A DNA stretch of 61,288 nucleotides, filler included, from Sphacelaria rigidula (taxonomy: Eukaryota), in assembly GCA_964200075.2 (NCBI GenBank). It is 3 parts of 3 records of this genome, joined end to end, with 100 filler letters (N's around TTAATTAATTAA, not from the genome) between each part and the next. Parts side by side here need not be neighbours in the genome. Positions count along the whole stretch, not along the records: positions 1 to 20,363 come from CAXNAA020000541.1; 2 more parts are not named here. One strand, written 5' to 3'. Made by a program: the position numbers and the translations under genes. The notes beneath the pieces are model-generated. The model had not been told where the DNA came from. It made no database searches and saw only the letters and a list, made by a program, of their open reading frames with translations. Numbering within the stretch: position 1 is the stretch's first letter; every line of letters begins with the position of its first letter. Below, piece after piece: positions 1 to 12,850 of the stretch.

Positions 1-65
1 GAAAGCACTGTTTTAGGCTTGAGCCTCATCTCGAAGTTAAACCTCAATTCTCACAATTTGTTGTT

Positions 66-127
66 ATAGTGTACCCAAATTATCCAAGTACATGTGCACT
101 AGGGTCCAGTTCGGCAATATTCCAATA
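66..127 (-). repeat. Start of putative 3' LTR (direct repeat of 6044-6106)
   Basis: ATAGTGTACCCAAATT(G)ATCCAAGTAC(A/T)TGTGCACTAGGGTCCAGTTCGGCAATATT is present at both positions. Similarity is not visible beyond ~62 bp. Confidence 0.7.
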
Positions 128-583
128 GCCCCTCTTGTCGAGGCGTAGCCCTGGTCATATCATCATGCAGGAAAAATCTTGGATCTATCCCATAAAATCA
201 AGCAAAATCTCACAACACAAATGCCGTGAGGCTCGAAGGACTCAGCAAGGAAAGGCCGAAACCATCCAGAGAAATAACCTCCTCAATTATATTCCCCCCT
301 AACCTTATATCATTTTCCCATTTTCGGGAGCATGAAATATCAAATCTCGGGGCATGTTTCCCCAAAATATATCACAAAAAAAGTATGCCCCAAAATCCAA
401 GTTCAATACATTCAATCAACCGAAAAGAATCCGCCATATACCATGATCCATTAAGAGGTTGGCGTTGTCAAATCGATCGATCCCCTGACCTCTTTCGTGA
501 CCACAGCACCTGGTCGAGAACAATTGAATTTCAGGTCGAAAATCGAACTCGGATGAAAGAAATAATTCAAACTATGCTGGCAT

Positions 584-845
584 CTCGGTGATACTCAAAA
601 GCGAGACTGGATCACAACAATCGAACTCAAATCGAACAACGAACGGTAAAATATACGACACAGTACAAAGTGTCATACCACCATCCCCACGTAAGATCAG
701 AGTTCAAATCATGTCGGCTCTCGGTGATACTCAAAACCGAGATTGAATCACAACAATCGATCGAGCTCAAATCGAGCTATGGTAAAATGTACGATATATA
801 GTAAAACGTGTTATAACGCCATCCCCACGTAAGATCAAAGTCATG
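584..845. repeat. Diverged tandem duplication, ~135-bp unit x2
   Basis: CTCGGTGATACTCAAAA...CCATCCCCACGTAAGATCA at ~584-713 and ~719-845. Confidence 0.85.
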
Positions 846-980
846 AGCCTGGATATTCACGCGCGTTTGATGCGCGCCAGCTATGTTTAAGCAAAAAAAT
901 CACCAACGAATCCCAGAAAAAACTTGAGAAGCATGCCAGTTACTGTTGCAAATCTGAAAACTACTACAGTAGTCAAACCA

Positions 981-1240
981 CTGCAGACACTTGATACGAT
1001 AGCCCCCCCCCCAACCAGTGTCTTGTTTGATGAAGAAGAATCTTCACTGAAATTGAAATGGAGAAATCCGAGCACAACGAATAGCTGGGAATTCCCACGC
1101 TTGGGTTCGTTGTCGCTAATGTCGCCCACATGAGGCGCTCCATGCAGCCTGAATCCCAACATCAGGCCCTGTGTGTCCATTTTTTCGTGACACGTTTGCG
1201 CTGGTTCTGGGGGGGGGGCTATCGCAGAAAGTGCCTGCAG
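981..1240. mobile_element. MITE family A (~250 bp; TIR CACTTTCTRCGATAGCCCCCC)
   Basis: TIRs CACTTGATACGATAGCCCCCC / GGGGGGCTATCGCAGAAAGTG. The internal sequence aligns by eye with the copy at 38327-38582. Confidence 0.85.
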
Positions 1241-4200
1241 TTGAACAGTAATCAAATTTATGTGCTTTCACTCGAAATCAAATTATCTAAAGCCTTATTC
1301 AGAATCAAAATCACGCAATGCATGAATCTACCATCAAGCTGAAGTGGTCAACGAATAAACACTCGACATGGGCACACTCGGAGTATAGTAACCTCCACAA
1401 TCAATCCCCGGCTTCTGCATTCTTCGATGGGCCACGCGCCCGCCTACTCCATGGAATCGGCACATCATACTTTGCTCCACTCCACCAGCAGCACTTCCCT
1501 GCTCCCAACCATCGGCACCGCCCCCCTGCTCCCTTCCACCGGCGCCGACAACGCCACGCGTGAAAAATGTGTTGCCGACTGTGTCGGTGGTGCTGCAGTG
1601 GTGTTGGCATCAGTTGCGTCGGACTCGGAGTTGTTGCAGGTGACTGCGGTGATAGTAGCGTCGGCGTAGTCATAGTGTAAACGTATGGTTGTAGTGGCGC
1701 GGCGACGGGTGGAAATGATGATAGCGGCGGCGCAGCAGTAGTGAAAATACGTCGGTGTTGTGACGCGGCGGTGAATTGAGATGATGACGGCGACGCGGCG
1801 GTAACGGGTAGATATATGTCTCGCGGCGCTGTGGCGGGTGGAAATGATGGTAAGGGCGGCGCAGCAGTGGTGAAAATATGTTGGTGTTGGTTCGGCGATG
1901 CGCAGAACTGTATGATGTTGGCGCGACGATGCGTCGTGGCGGCGGCGAGACAGTCTGATGATGTGAGAATCACGGTGGCGGCGACGGCTTGGGTTTTACC
2001 GCGTTAACCAGCGGCTGGGGGGATGCCGGCGGGTCGGCGACGGTACTAGCTTCATTATTACCCGCCCTTCCGGCGAGCGGTATCGGCGGTGGTTGCAGAA
2101 GTTGTATACGCGGAACACGTCGCGCAAATGGTATACCGCATGCCGGGGAAGCAGACTGGATACCAACACCTGAGGCGTCAGACATAACGCTTAGAGCGGA
2201 AGCAGGCTGGACAATGAAACCGTGGAAGGAAGACACGACGCCCCCGACGGAAATGTGGCGTGGGCCAACGTTGGGGACACGGTGTAAAATATCTCTTACC
2301 TCACTCGGGGACTTACTACAAAAACCGACTTCATTAGTACGGAAACGATACGCTACAGTAACAGTGGACGCATGATGTGCCGGTGAAGTCTACAGCAGAA
2401 TACTGGGAATCCGACTCATCGAAAACAGGCCGGGCAGTTGTTGGTAAAGGCTCTACCGTAGCACGCGAGGAATTTGACTCAGTGGAAACCGGAGAATACT
2501 CTACAGTAGTGGGTAGATCAAAATCTACGGTAGAAGCGGAATCAATCTCGCTCGTGGGTAAAACGCGACTCTACCATAGTACGTGGATCTGACTTTACAC
2601 TGGACGGCGACGACTTGAATTAATCGAAAACAGGCCTGGAGTCTGTCGAGGGTGCGCCGACAGAAGCACGCAAAGACACAGTAGGGTAGTAGTAGGGACA
2701 TGCGACGAAACTACAGTAGTCGGGGGTGCACCGACAGAAGCACGTAAAGATACAGTCTCAGTGGCGACATGCGGCGAAACAACAGTAGTCGGAGGTGCGC
2801 CGGCAAAAGCACGCGAAGACACAGTCTCAGTATTCTCTACAGTGATAGGGGGAACAGACTTTACAGGGGTGGGAGGTGAATCATACTCATCGATAGAAGG
2901 GGAATGCGATTCATTGAAAACAGGCCGGGCAATCGTCAGTGAAGACTCTACCGTAGCACGCGAATCAACCGCGCTACTGGGTGAAGGAAACTCAGTTTCC
3001 CTTGTCTAGGGACGAGACTGTATGTTAGTAGGGGAGGGCGCGTCGCCAACTGTGATGAAAATCACGATTTGCGGTCAAAACGTAATCTGCCATAGAATAA
3101 ATGCACCACAGAACGATATCATGTCGCTTCTGTATGTGATGAAGCGAGAAAATATTGCACTCAACACCGTCTACGACATGACATCGGTCAATTGTATTGG
3201 AAAGTAAGTGGAGGGAACAGAAACATCCAAAGATCCCATGTGGAATCTTAGATTCAGACTGCCTACTGCCTTGACTGGGGGTCTGGTCCCGTCACCCATC
3301 GTGACGTTCTCGATGCCCTGTAGAGGGGGTTGTGAATCAAAAATATCATTCACATTCCCTGTTATGTGGCATGTAGTACCTGTATCCGCAATCTATTTCT
3401 CCGCACTATCACCCCTGCTAGATGCAGTCCCACTGCGTAGCACATCATACCTATACGCAAATGAAGACTGCCAAGACGAAAAAGAGACTCGCCTTCGGGC
3501 ATGGAATGCGCCATGAACAGTTGTGGATGCTCCTGTTGGGACGCATCGGAAGGAGGTGCTGAAGTCGAAGGAGGGGCTGCAGCTTGCTGGTGTGGTTGGT
3601 GTGGTATGTACTGCTGAGGAGGATGGTAATAAGGTTGTTGCTGTTGCTGGTGCATTTCATGGTATTGCAACGACGGTTGCGGTTGCTGGCAGTAGCCATG
3701 ATATTGCGATAGCTGCTGCTGGGGATGGGAATGATGTGAAGGCGGGAGCTGTAGTTTTTGCTCGGCATGGTATAGAGGCGGGAGCTGTAGGGAAAGGGCA
3801 AATGCTACATTATCTAAGTTATTGTCATCTCGTGGGACAAAGTTATCATCAGTGACGGAATCCTCGGATCGCTGTACAAAATTCACATGACAGTAGGAGC
3901 TGCTGGAGGAGTAATCACGAGGGGGTGTTCGATGTGCGGAACGATGTTCTGGGTTGAGATCTCGATTGCCTGCGGCGATCGACATTTCTCCGTCCATCAC
4001 CTCGTCGTGCATGGAAATCAATACCTCGATGATAACATTCAATGCAGTTGCGCTGGTTGCATGATGAGGATTGGCAGTTGGAGTTTTGGTTTCGATTGTA
4101 GTTTCGGTTGTGGAAGGGTCGGCGTGGGGATGAATGAGTTGAGTGGGAGTTGTATCTTGGGGAGCCGTCATAGTGAGACAAATCATGGTAGCGGCATGAA

Positions 4201-6106
4201 GGCGAGGATGTTGTGGGGTGTCGGTCGAAGGTATGATGCCCACTACGGTTCGAAGCGCACTCCCGGCAGTGGTAGTGAGAACGCAGTGAGTACTGTCGGT
4301 TGCTAGCGAATCGTCATGATATTATGGAATGCTGATCAGGGCGTTGTTGGTGATTGGTACTGTACTCATCTGCGTGCCGTCTGCCCCCCCGACTTCCACG
4401 TCGCCCGGCCGATACGTCACTGTGTGAAGCATCATGAACTGTGGCAGGAAGATCATGATTACATGGCGAATATACCCTGCTCCTAGATCCAACTCAGCAT
4501 GTGTCGTCTTCACTGTGCGGTGTAGGGTTTCTGTGTTTATGTCGGACATCGCGAGAAGCATACCACGCTGGATCTCGTACTTCAAAGATTTTCTACGTGC
4601 ATAGTGCCTGTTGGCATCAAATTCAAAAATTACGGTACCGTGCTGGTGTACTTTGAGTCGAATCAGGTCCAACCTGCTCAGAAAAACTAAAGACGATTAT
4701 CCAGATGACGTTTGTAGGCTTGTCCACTCCCGTTCGAGGCGAGCTTTGTCAGCAGTGGGACAAGCGGTATAGTACTTAACAAAATAATCCCATGCTTCAC
4801 TAGGTGAACCATGTATGGCCAAATGTACTACCATATGAGGTGCGGTAATCTTCTCCAAGATAACATCATAAGTTCGTTGAGCCTTTTCTACTACCTGGTA
4901 TCCGTACTGTCTTATGAACCCCTCTTCCGCCTCATGAAACACGCGGATAGGTACCTGCACAAAAAGAGCATCATATCATCTCTCGGCACGGAAATAAACA
5001 CACATCTGCACGTGAAACACCCTAAACTTCGACTCCAGGCTGTCTCCTGCCTTCAAAGAAGCGTCCCATGGATGAATGCTAGTGTTGTTACGCACTCGTA
5101 CAATGTTTGCTTGGGTATGTTGCTCTCCCATGTAACCTTATTGCCTGTACTCGGGAAAAAAATCGTAGGTTGCTTCGGTGGTCTCTGTTTACTGTACTCG
5201 TCTGCACAGGGTTACCCTGCGCGTCTGTATCAAAATACATACTTCTTTCTCTCTCATACTCTACAATAGCGTCACGTTTTGCGGCCTCTATGAGCTCTGC
5301 CTGCTTTACTCCCATGAGCCGCAACTTAGCTCTTCCGTACTTGCTTCCTTTGTGGGAGGCATTGTCTGACTGTTATGATGTATCACTTGAGCTTATTGCT
5401 TCTGCTTATCAATCTGTGCGCGAGTACTTTGCTCAAACGTTTATTCAATCCTGTGTATATCAGGTTTGTTTACCTTTTGGGTAGTCAGCCAGGACAATGC
5501 TTCGACCGTGCGATGTCTGTTTCACAAATCTCTTGCGATGTATTTTACAGCACTAAAACGCTAAAGGAGCATTTTTTGCTGCTGTTCTGCTCAACTGGAT
5601 TACACGCTAACTGCGTGACTCTCTCAAACTGCTGCTTCAAAATCTTCTCCCGTGCTCGACGGCACCAAACCACTCTGCGCGTGAACTGTACTAAAAGCTG
5701 AATGCGGGAACTTCTCAAACGTGAGTCCTTCCCTCCGCTCCCTGGCTGTGACCGAACCTCTTCAAATCGCTAGCGTCATGAACCAATAAAGATCCCTCAA
5801 TTGAGGTGCTCTGGACAGAGGGGGGATTGTGTAGTAACTCTTCGTATCAACCTCTTATGCCCTTCACTCATACAACACCGACCGTGCGAGCTCCACCTGA
5901 GCTGCGTCCAAACCCAAAATGTAAATATGCCGCATGCACAAATGAAGTGGGCTTGTGGGCACGCATGCACCGTGCATCCCCTTACACGTCATACATTCAG
6001 TCACAACGCAATCCAAAAACCCGGTATATCTTCAGCAATGATCATAGTGTACCCAAATTGATCCAAGTACTTGTGCACTAGGGTCCAGTTCGGCAATATT
6101 GTAATA

Positions 6107-6760
6107 TAGTGTGTCGTCGGCAAATGGTCAAATAGTTTCAGCATGACGTACTCATGCTGTTATCCTCTGGTAGAGACGCAGGGGTCGCTTGTAGTGGCAG
6201 TAAAACCAACTCTCCGCAACTCGGCGTCAATGGTGAAGTTTCTAACGTTTGAACTTTGTCGAAAGTCGTGAAGAGCGCGGCAAAGCCGCGTCACATGTGG
6301 TTGTCCGGCAGCAGGGCCCGACGTCTCGAAGTCCGGTGTCCGCTCGCCAAATACAGTTTCCTGTAGTTTCCAATTCAAAATGAGCTGTTTGGGTGTCAAG
6401 CACACTTCTCGGCCATTTTTTGCGACCGTTATTGCCAGAAGAATTCGTTGGCTTTCGAGCCCGCAAACCGGTGCAAAAGTACTGCCGCAATCATTTCCGT
6501 GTCGTTGCGTCCATCCCTGTGCTACAAGCGGAGCCTTGAACCTTCCGCCAGCTTTACCGTTAAAAAACCATCGCGTTCCGATGACGTTGATGTTAGCTGG
6601 AACCTCTCCAGTTGGGATAGTATCAGCCACGCGATGATTTTTTATACTTTGCAGCTCATTCATCATGACTGCTTTCCATTTTATTGCAAACGGTGAGGAA
6701 CATGCTTGTTGAAACTTATTCGGAACTAGGATGGATTTCAATGCCACGTCCGATATGCTG
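6107..6760 (-). pseudogene. Ty1/Copia reverse transcriptase (RVT_2) remnant
   Basis: WKAVMMNELQSI..VIGTRWFF..GRFKAPLVAQGW.Q.HG.D.GSTFAPV..SDPCV, continuing through a stop/frameshift to FADDTL (YVDD-equivalent) at ~6125-6107, where it is cut off. Confidence 0.9.
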
Positions 6761-7239
6761 CAAAGCGGTTTCTAAGACCGTAGAGTGATGTTGTGGATGT
6801 TCTGCTAACAGGGCCAGCTGGTGCAGGGATTGACGATGGTTAGCTGGAGAGGGTGGAGTGTATAGTCTCTGCCAGACAGCCTGGACAAGAGGACTTCCAA
6901 CGAGGGACTGCTCCAGTATCGCTGGCCTCGTGCTCGACAAGTCCTTTCATCTCACTTGTTACTAGCACGGAGGGATCCTCAACAGAAAACATTACAAGCC
7001 AGACAGCAAGGGGCCAAACAGATAAGGGTAATCAGCCCAGGATCCCCCGTCCCCTGCCACTGCTCCATTCATGCGTCCGATTACGTTGAAACCTACGGCT
7101 TGGTATCATTTGGCTACAGCACCCTCAACGCGAGTTCAAGACAAACGAACGAGCTCGACAACCAACAAAAACCAAGGCGAAATCGCATGCGCCAGATCAC
7201 AAAGAAACACCATACTCCGACGCTAATTTACTTGTCAGC

Positions 7240-9930
7240 GCCCGAGTCAATCGTAATTAACGCAGTTCCTTCAAAACGAATTCAGGCGCAGAGGAATGAA
7301 TCTTTCGAAGAAACTCTCACGTACGTTTTTTGGCACCGAACTCATCCCAATCGACCAAAACAATGGCATCACCATTGTCATTCTCAGCGACGTGCACCAA
7401 AGCATCCATCCAACATTCACCTTGAGCATACGAATGCTGGAATATATCTTTTAGTTCCGCAGTGATGTGCAACTGCGAGTCAGCATGGAAGCGCAAACGA
7501 GTAACATGGGCAGAGTGTATGGCGCCTGAAACAACGTTCTGCACTGGATACACGTGAGCGTGGTCGGCTCCGACCTCTCGCCACGGACTTGTCCATGTGG
7601 AGGTCAACTTTGGCGTTACACCTTGCCTACAAACACGGGCATACAATACGAAATCGCCAACTGCAAACTTGGGCAACACAGCCTGGCCCTGATCAAGCTT
7701 GCGTTTCGTTTCGCGAGACACCGCGAGAGCACCTCGCACTTCGTTGCAAAACTGCACTTGTTCGTCAACCATGCCTCGAACCTTAACACGCAACGAATCA
7801 GCATCCATGACATCGACGTTCCACTTGCCGCCAGTGACAGAAGCTAGCGTGGAATGCGCTGTACGCGGCGCCCGCCGAAGCATCACACAAAACGGTGTGT
7901 TACGGTAGCGTTCACGAAAGGAAGTATTCAACGCTCACTAAGCGGCTGGCAAAACATCAACCCGTTCAGACACCGACCGTCTCGGTTCCGGCAAGATGGA
8001 CCGCAACGCACGAATAAGCTCTTTCACCACGCATTCACAAGCACCATTCGACCAAGGGGTATACGCAACAGCAAATTGGTGTTGCACGCTCAGCTGCGCG
8101 GTCACTCGATTCTTGAAGGGCGTGGCGGTATCACTAACCCACACACGCGGCACCCCCAAAGTCTTGCACCAATGGAGCAAGTGCTTAGCCGTGACCTCGG
8201 TGGTGCAAGCCTCGATCGGCTCTAACCAAACGAAATTGGACAAATCATCCATGAGAACCAAAACATATCGAAAACCAACCTCATCAGGCAAACCAATAGC
8301 ACCTTCAGGTCCGTTCCTTCCGACGTACAGAAAATCAAAGTGAATCACTTCACCTGGCGCAGTACCATGCACGGTATCGCCATACGGACGAAGTGCAATC
8401 GCACCAGCACGAGTGCCTACACAATGAAGACACTGGCGAACGAACTCGGGAACATGGGAATCCATGTGAGGCCACACACAGGATTATTTCGAACGAAGCA
8501 GAATCGGCGCCACACCACGGTGACCAGCCGACCGCATGTGAACGCGCACCATCAAGCGAGCTTGTAGAGCCTTATCATCCGACGGAATCTACAAAACATC
8601 ACTACTGTCAACACGCACGCGAAACAAACCATCGTCAGGCAAAGCAGCTTGACCGAAAATCGTAGGGAAATAATGAACACCTTCGCCGATTGCTTTGCGC
8701 TACGCGGTACGAATGACATCTAACGAGGGCAGCGGGTCATCGGCATCACACGGGCTGTACACGGCACAAGAACGAACAGGCACGATAGGAACCTCCGCCC
8801 GGCGAGACAACAAATCTCCTCAGTAGTTGTGGTCTCCAGGAATGTGTTTTATGGCAAACCGATGTTGTTGTTGGTCTCCCAGCAAGTCCTGCATGTCTTC
8901 TTGGCTTTGCATCACCCCCGGAGGCTGTTCCACGTGCGCGTTCACCGCCTGATATCCGCTGACCAAACGGAATATGTCTCTTTTCGGCCCTACCATCGCC
9001 GGACTCGCCCGCCCAGCCTGGATGTTCCTAAGCACCAAACTAAATGCCACCAAAGCTGCGATGCATGAAGCAAGCCACACGGTTTTCACCGCATCGTAAA
9101 GTCTGGGCTTGGCCTTCACCGCCTTTTCCTGTGGCTTGAGGTGCACCCTCATAGGCTCTACGCGCGCTGGCGGATCACCACGCAGCGCACGACGAAATGT
9201 ATACACGCGACGAGCCAAAATATCACGCAGACGATATGCGCCATCGGCGCTCAGGCACTTCTGCTCGGCCTGGTGCTCGCTGTCTTCAAGCGCACGTTGT
9301 CTTGCACCTCTCTCCTCCGCAGGGTCCATGAATATGGTGGGCCCCCGATCGATCAAGCGCCCCACCGCTTCATCCGCAGGAGCCTCCTCCTCATTGGTGC
9401 TCTAGAATGACTGTTTTATGGATACGGTCTCACGCCTTGCAGCAAGATAGCTGGGGTTTCCGCGCTGGTTTGCACCGGCACAGCACGCGGGCGAAACGTA
9501 TCCAACGCCAGCGGGTACAAACCAATCCCGAGCTCCTTCATCGTCGCCATCCAAAGTATAACCATGTTGTCTCTACCGGACATGACATCGAACGTAACGG
9601 GCTGCAACTCCACAGCCCCCCATGGCGTACGCACGCTAACAGGAATCGGCACCGTTTTATGTGTAGCCGTCCCGGGAGCACCCGTGGCGGTCTGTGCGTT
9701 TGCGGTCCGTTTTCGAACGGAATCTGAAGCTGAGCACCGCCAAACTGCAAAGACACTTGTTCTAGTAACCCGACACCGATCGACGCGAGCGCGGACCCAG
9801 AATCCAGAATAACGCGGACCACGAACGAACCTACGGAACCAGGCAACGAAAGATCTGCGCGTAAACATTCAGCCTTGCGATCGACAGGTACCACGCCTGC
9901 CGAAGAACTCCGGTCGGTACCAAGAGTCAA
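7240..9930 (-). mobile_element. Degenerate Ty3/Gypsy element with chromodomain; RT/RNase H core deleted
   Basis: Protease VILDSGS (9538-9930 ORF). RT N-terminus PPARVEPMRVHLKP..ASPAM..FRLV (8820-9365). RNase H tail IKHIPGDHNY*GDLLSR. Integrase H..GHRG / CLHC / HFDF / WVSD / YTPWSNG (7938-8560). GDFVL..W.SPW and chromodomain-like VLVDW..RT*E (7240-7931). Domain order PR-RT-RH-IN is Gypsy-type. Confidence 0.9.
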
Positions 9931-12173
9931 CTGACGCCAGGGCTACGCCCCAGCACTTGGCATCGATAGTTGAGAATCGGCGGTCCACCCAGACCATGTC
10001 ACCGAATATGCAGACAGAGCTGTTGCAGCCGTCGCAGCAGTAGGAGATGCACCAGACACGGATCCTGCCTGGCCCAGAGGTTGCGAACTATTCACTCCAG
10101 CACTTCTCACCGAGGTATTTTCATTTCCCACGTACACTGTCCGCCCCGACACAGACGAACTATAAGATCCAGAGTCCACACGTGGACAGATAACATCCTG
10201 TAGGACGTGCTGCACAGGGTTCTCCTCAGTCTTTGTGAGAACCCCTGTACGGCATTTGCAAGCCCTAATACCTCCACCAGTATTTTATATAGCGTTTTTC
10301 TCGACACCCTGTGAGCAACACTGCAGAGAAGCACTTCCGATTTGAAGATGCCAAATTATTTTGTTAAAGTAGCTGTAAATATTATCATTTCGAGAAGCTG
10401 TTCCAAAACAATCCCCTTTTTGCTCGATTTCCAAGCAATCGGTCAAAACGAGGATTTATTTCGAAGAGCAGAAGAAGCTATTCGAAGTGAATATTTCTTT
10501 TGCCCAATTGAAAATTTGGGCGAAAGAAACAACTATTTCGAACAGCTTTTTTTGCTGCACAAATCTCATACACACTGGCAGATTTGTAATCTGAACAGGA
10601 GAAGCTGCTCGGAATAAATACTCACTTTGCCCGCCAATTAATCCAGAAATCGGACTAAGAGGAACTTTTTGCGAACAACCTCAGCTGTGCAAGTCCCACA
10701 TACTGCACTGTAATCAGCGGATGAGATCTGAGATGCAGCAAAAATTGTTGAGAATCATTCATCCCCTTGCCCCCAATGCACATATCAATTGGGATAAAGG
10801 ATACAATTCTCAACGGCTTTCCCTGAATAGGAATCCCACTCACTGCTTACGAGTGTATGTCCACACGCCCATGCTCCGAAGCGACGCTCCACTGCAGACG
10901 TGGTGAAGACGCTGAAATGCCGGTGTATACCTCGCATATGTATGCACATAGCTCAAGAAAACCCAGTCGTCCAATGTCTACCAAGACAAACCAAACGATT
11001 TTTAGCTCAAAAACGCGAAAACAATTTCATCGCGGTATATATATGTACTGTGATGGGGATGATTAATTGATTGGTTGGTTGACTGTCGCACTTTAACCGA
11101 CCCCCCAGCAGGGGTCCAGCCGTGGTCTATATAATCGCAACAACGAACTTTATACTGAACTGTACATGCAATACCATGCAGGACACTGCAATGCCGTGCT
11201 TATACGTCGGGTGCTATATACTGCAGAGTGAGCGCGGCATATGAGCTGCGTATGGCTATGCAATGTAGGTATATGCTGCAGCTTATATTTTGATATATGG
11301 GGGTGTTATATACCGTCAGGAGTAACTAGAGTTTGCACACGCGCACGTACATACATATGCGCACAAAACTGCAGCACGGAGTGAACAGGGCGTGAAAAGG
11401 AAGCGCGGAAAGTACAGTACAGACAGCGCAGGACTATATATGTTCTCTACCTACACTGCGACGTGAAAAGGACTTGAACAACGTGCAGCTTTGTACTAAT
11501 GCCTGCGCCCATGCATCAGCTATGCGGTGAGTACATGCTCTACCCCGCGTGCATGGTCCGATCCGTCGCCGTGCGATGTCGCGCAACCATGAAAGAAGAT
11601 GCTTAAGTTTTCATACACCAACAAGAAATGCATCATACCCAACCACGTCTGTGTGTATCTACATCCCTGTGCCCAACTCGTGCTCTTTGCTGCAGACAGT
11701 ATAGGGTTGTGCGGTAGCTGGGAACATAAGTGTTGTTATGCGTTATTTGCATGGATCTCGGGTCATGGTCTATACCATATAATATACAAGTACAATATTG
11801 CTGGGGTCGCAAAGGTTGAACTCCAGAGGTAAATTTACACCCTGGAGAGTCCTTTCCTCCCAAAGTTGCCAACAGGCAACCATCTTGAAATTACAAAAGA
11901 AGGGTGCTTACGTTTCCATTTCTGAAGTTACTGCTTGATATATCCATCAGAAACACAAACGTGCTTCCCGAACAAACAACAATTCATAGGTGGATCGATG
12001 ATCGGTGCGTTCTCATCCCGACTACAAAAGTGCGACTTCAATACCCACCCCTGTCACAACTGAACTACCTTTTCCCGCCAGTACTGTGCCCATGCTGTAG
12101 GATCGAGCACATTGTATGTGCGTACAAAAACTGTACAGCATATTAACAGCACTGCTCACTGCACGAGGTGACG

Positions 12174-12343
12174 AAACCCTGTGAAGCGTACTGTGTGGCA
12201 CAAAAAAATACCCTGCAACCAAATCCCCACGAGAAACACTGCACACTCTCCTTCAAACCCTGTGAAGCGTCCTGCGTGGCGCAAAACAACACACTACAGC
12301 CAAATCCCCGCGAGAAGCACTGCACAGTTTCCCCGAACCCTGT
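12174..12343. repeat. 81-bp tandem repeat, ~2.1 units
   Basis: AAACCCTGTGAAGCGT... starts at 12174 and 12255, with a partial third unit at ~12335. Confidence 0.9.
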
Positions 12344-12438
12344 AGGCGTGCCCCACAGGGTGCTATTTATCCACGTGTGTCACCACGCGATGACGTAGTG
12401 GAAGAAACAGCAGCGGAGGAACCACCATCCACCGCCGA

Positions 12439-12850
12439 TTACTTGCTACCGCGGCCGCCGCGCCCGCGTTCCTGGTTGGAACGACCCCGTCCACCGTGAC
12501 GACCGCCTCGAGATTCTGATGGATCTCGAGGGTTTTCTTGAGCAGCGCCTCGAGCGCGAGGCTTGGGGCAGTCCTTATTCAGATGTCCGGTGTCGCCGTA
12601 GTTGTAACACACGCGAGTGGACGACGCTCGCGAAGGCGGCTGCTGTTTCTGTTTCTGTTTCTGTTGCTGTTTGCGGCGCGCCCTACCTTCCCTTGCCGCA
12701 GAATCGCGCCGGCCATGTGCATCAATGAACTTCCACTGGTCGGCGGCATCAAATATTTTGTTGAACACCACCGTCAGCTTTATTTTTCAGCCGTCAACAT
12801 ACGTTGTTACACTTCTAACTTACACCTTGAATTCCGGAGTGTCATGAGGA
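12439..12850 (-). pseudogene. Retrotransposon gag fragment with degenerate CCHC zinc knuckle
   Basis: CYNYGDTGHLNKDCP (C-x2-[C>Y]-x4-H-x4-C) followed by an RGG-rich nucleocapsid-like tail. Confidence 0.7.

Larger units (their letters stand above)
1..6106 (-). mobile_element. Degenerate non-autonomous Ty1/Copia-derived LTR element (gag + aspartic protease, no IN/RT/RNase H)
   Basis: Minus strand. Gag-like segment 4697-4960 (SPSEAWDYFVKYY..ADKARLEREWTSLQ). Copia protease motif K*IADTGTTCHITG..F..VTMGDG at ~3395-3250 (W codon mutated to TAG). Then ~1.7 kb of degenerate Ser/Thr/Pro-rich coding-like repeats (1400-3050). A ~62-bp terminus is shared by 66-127 and 6044-6106, with a purine tract AAGAGGGGC (rc of 128-136) just before the left copy. 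Confidence 0.7.

Noticed and set aside
12174..12343. CRISPR-like array (also 19526-19760 and 584-845)
   Set aside because: Two-unit tandem duplications without unique spacers or cas genes, in eukaryotic TE context.
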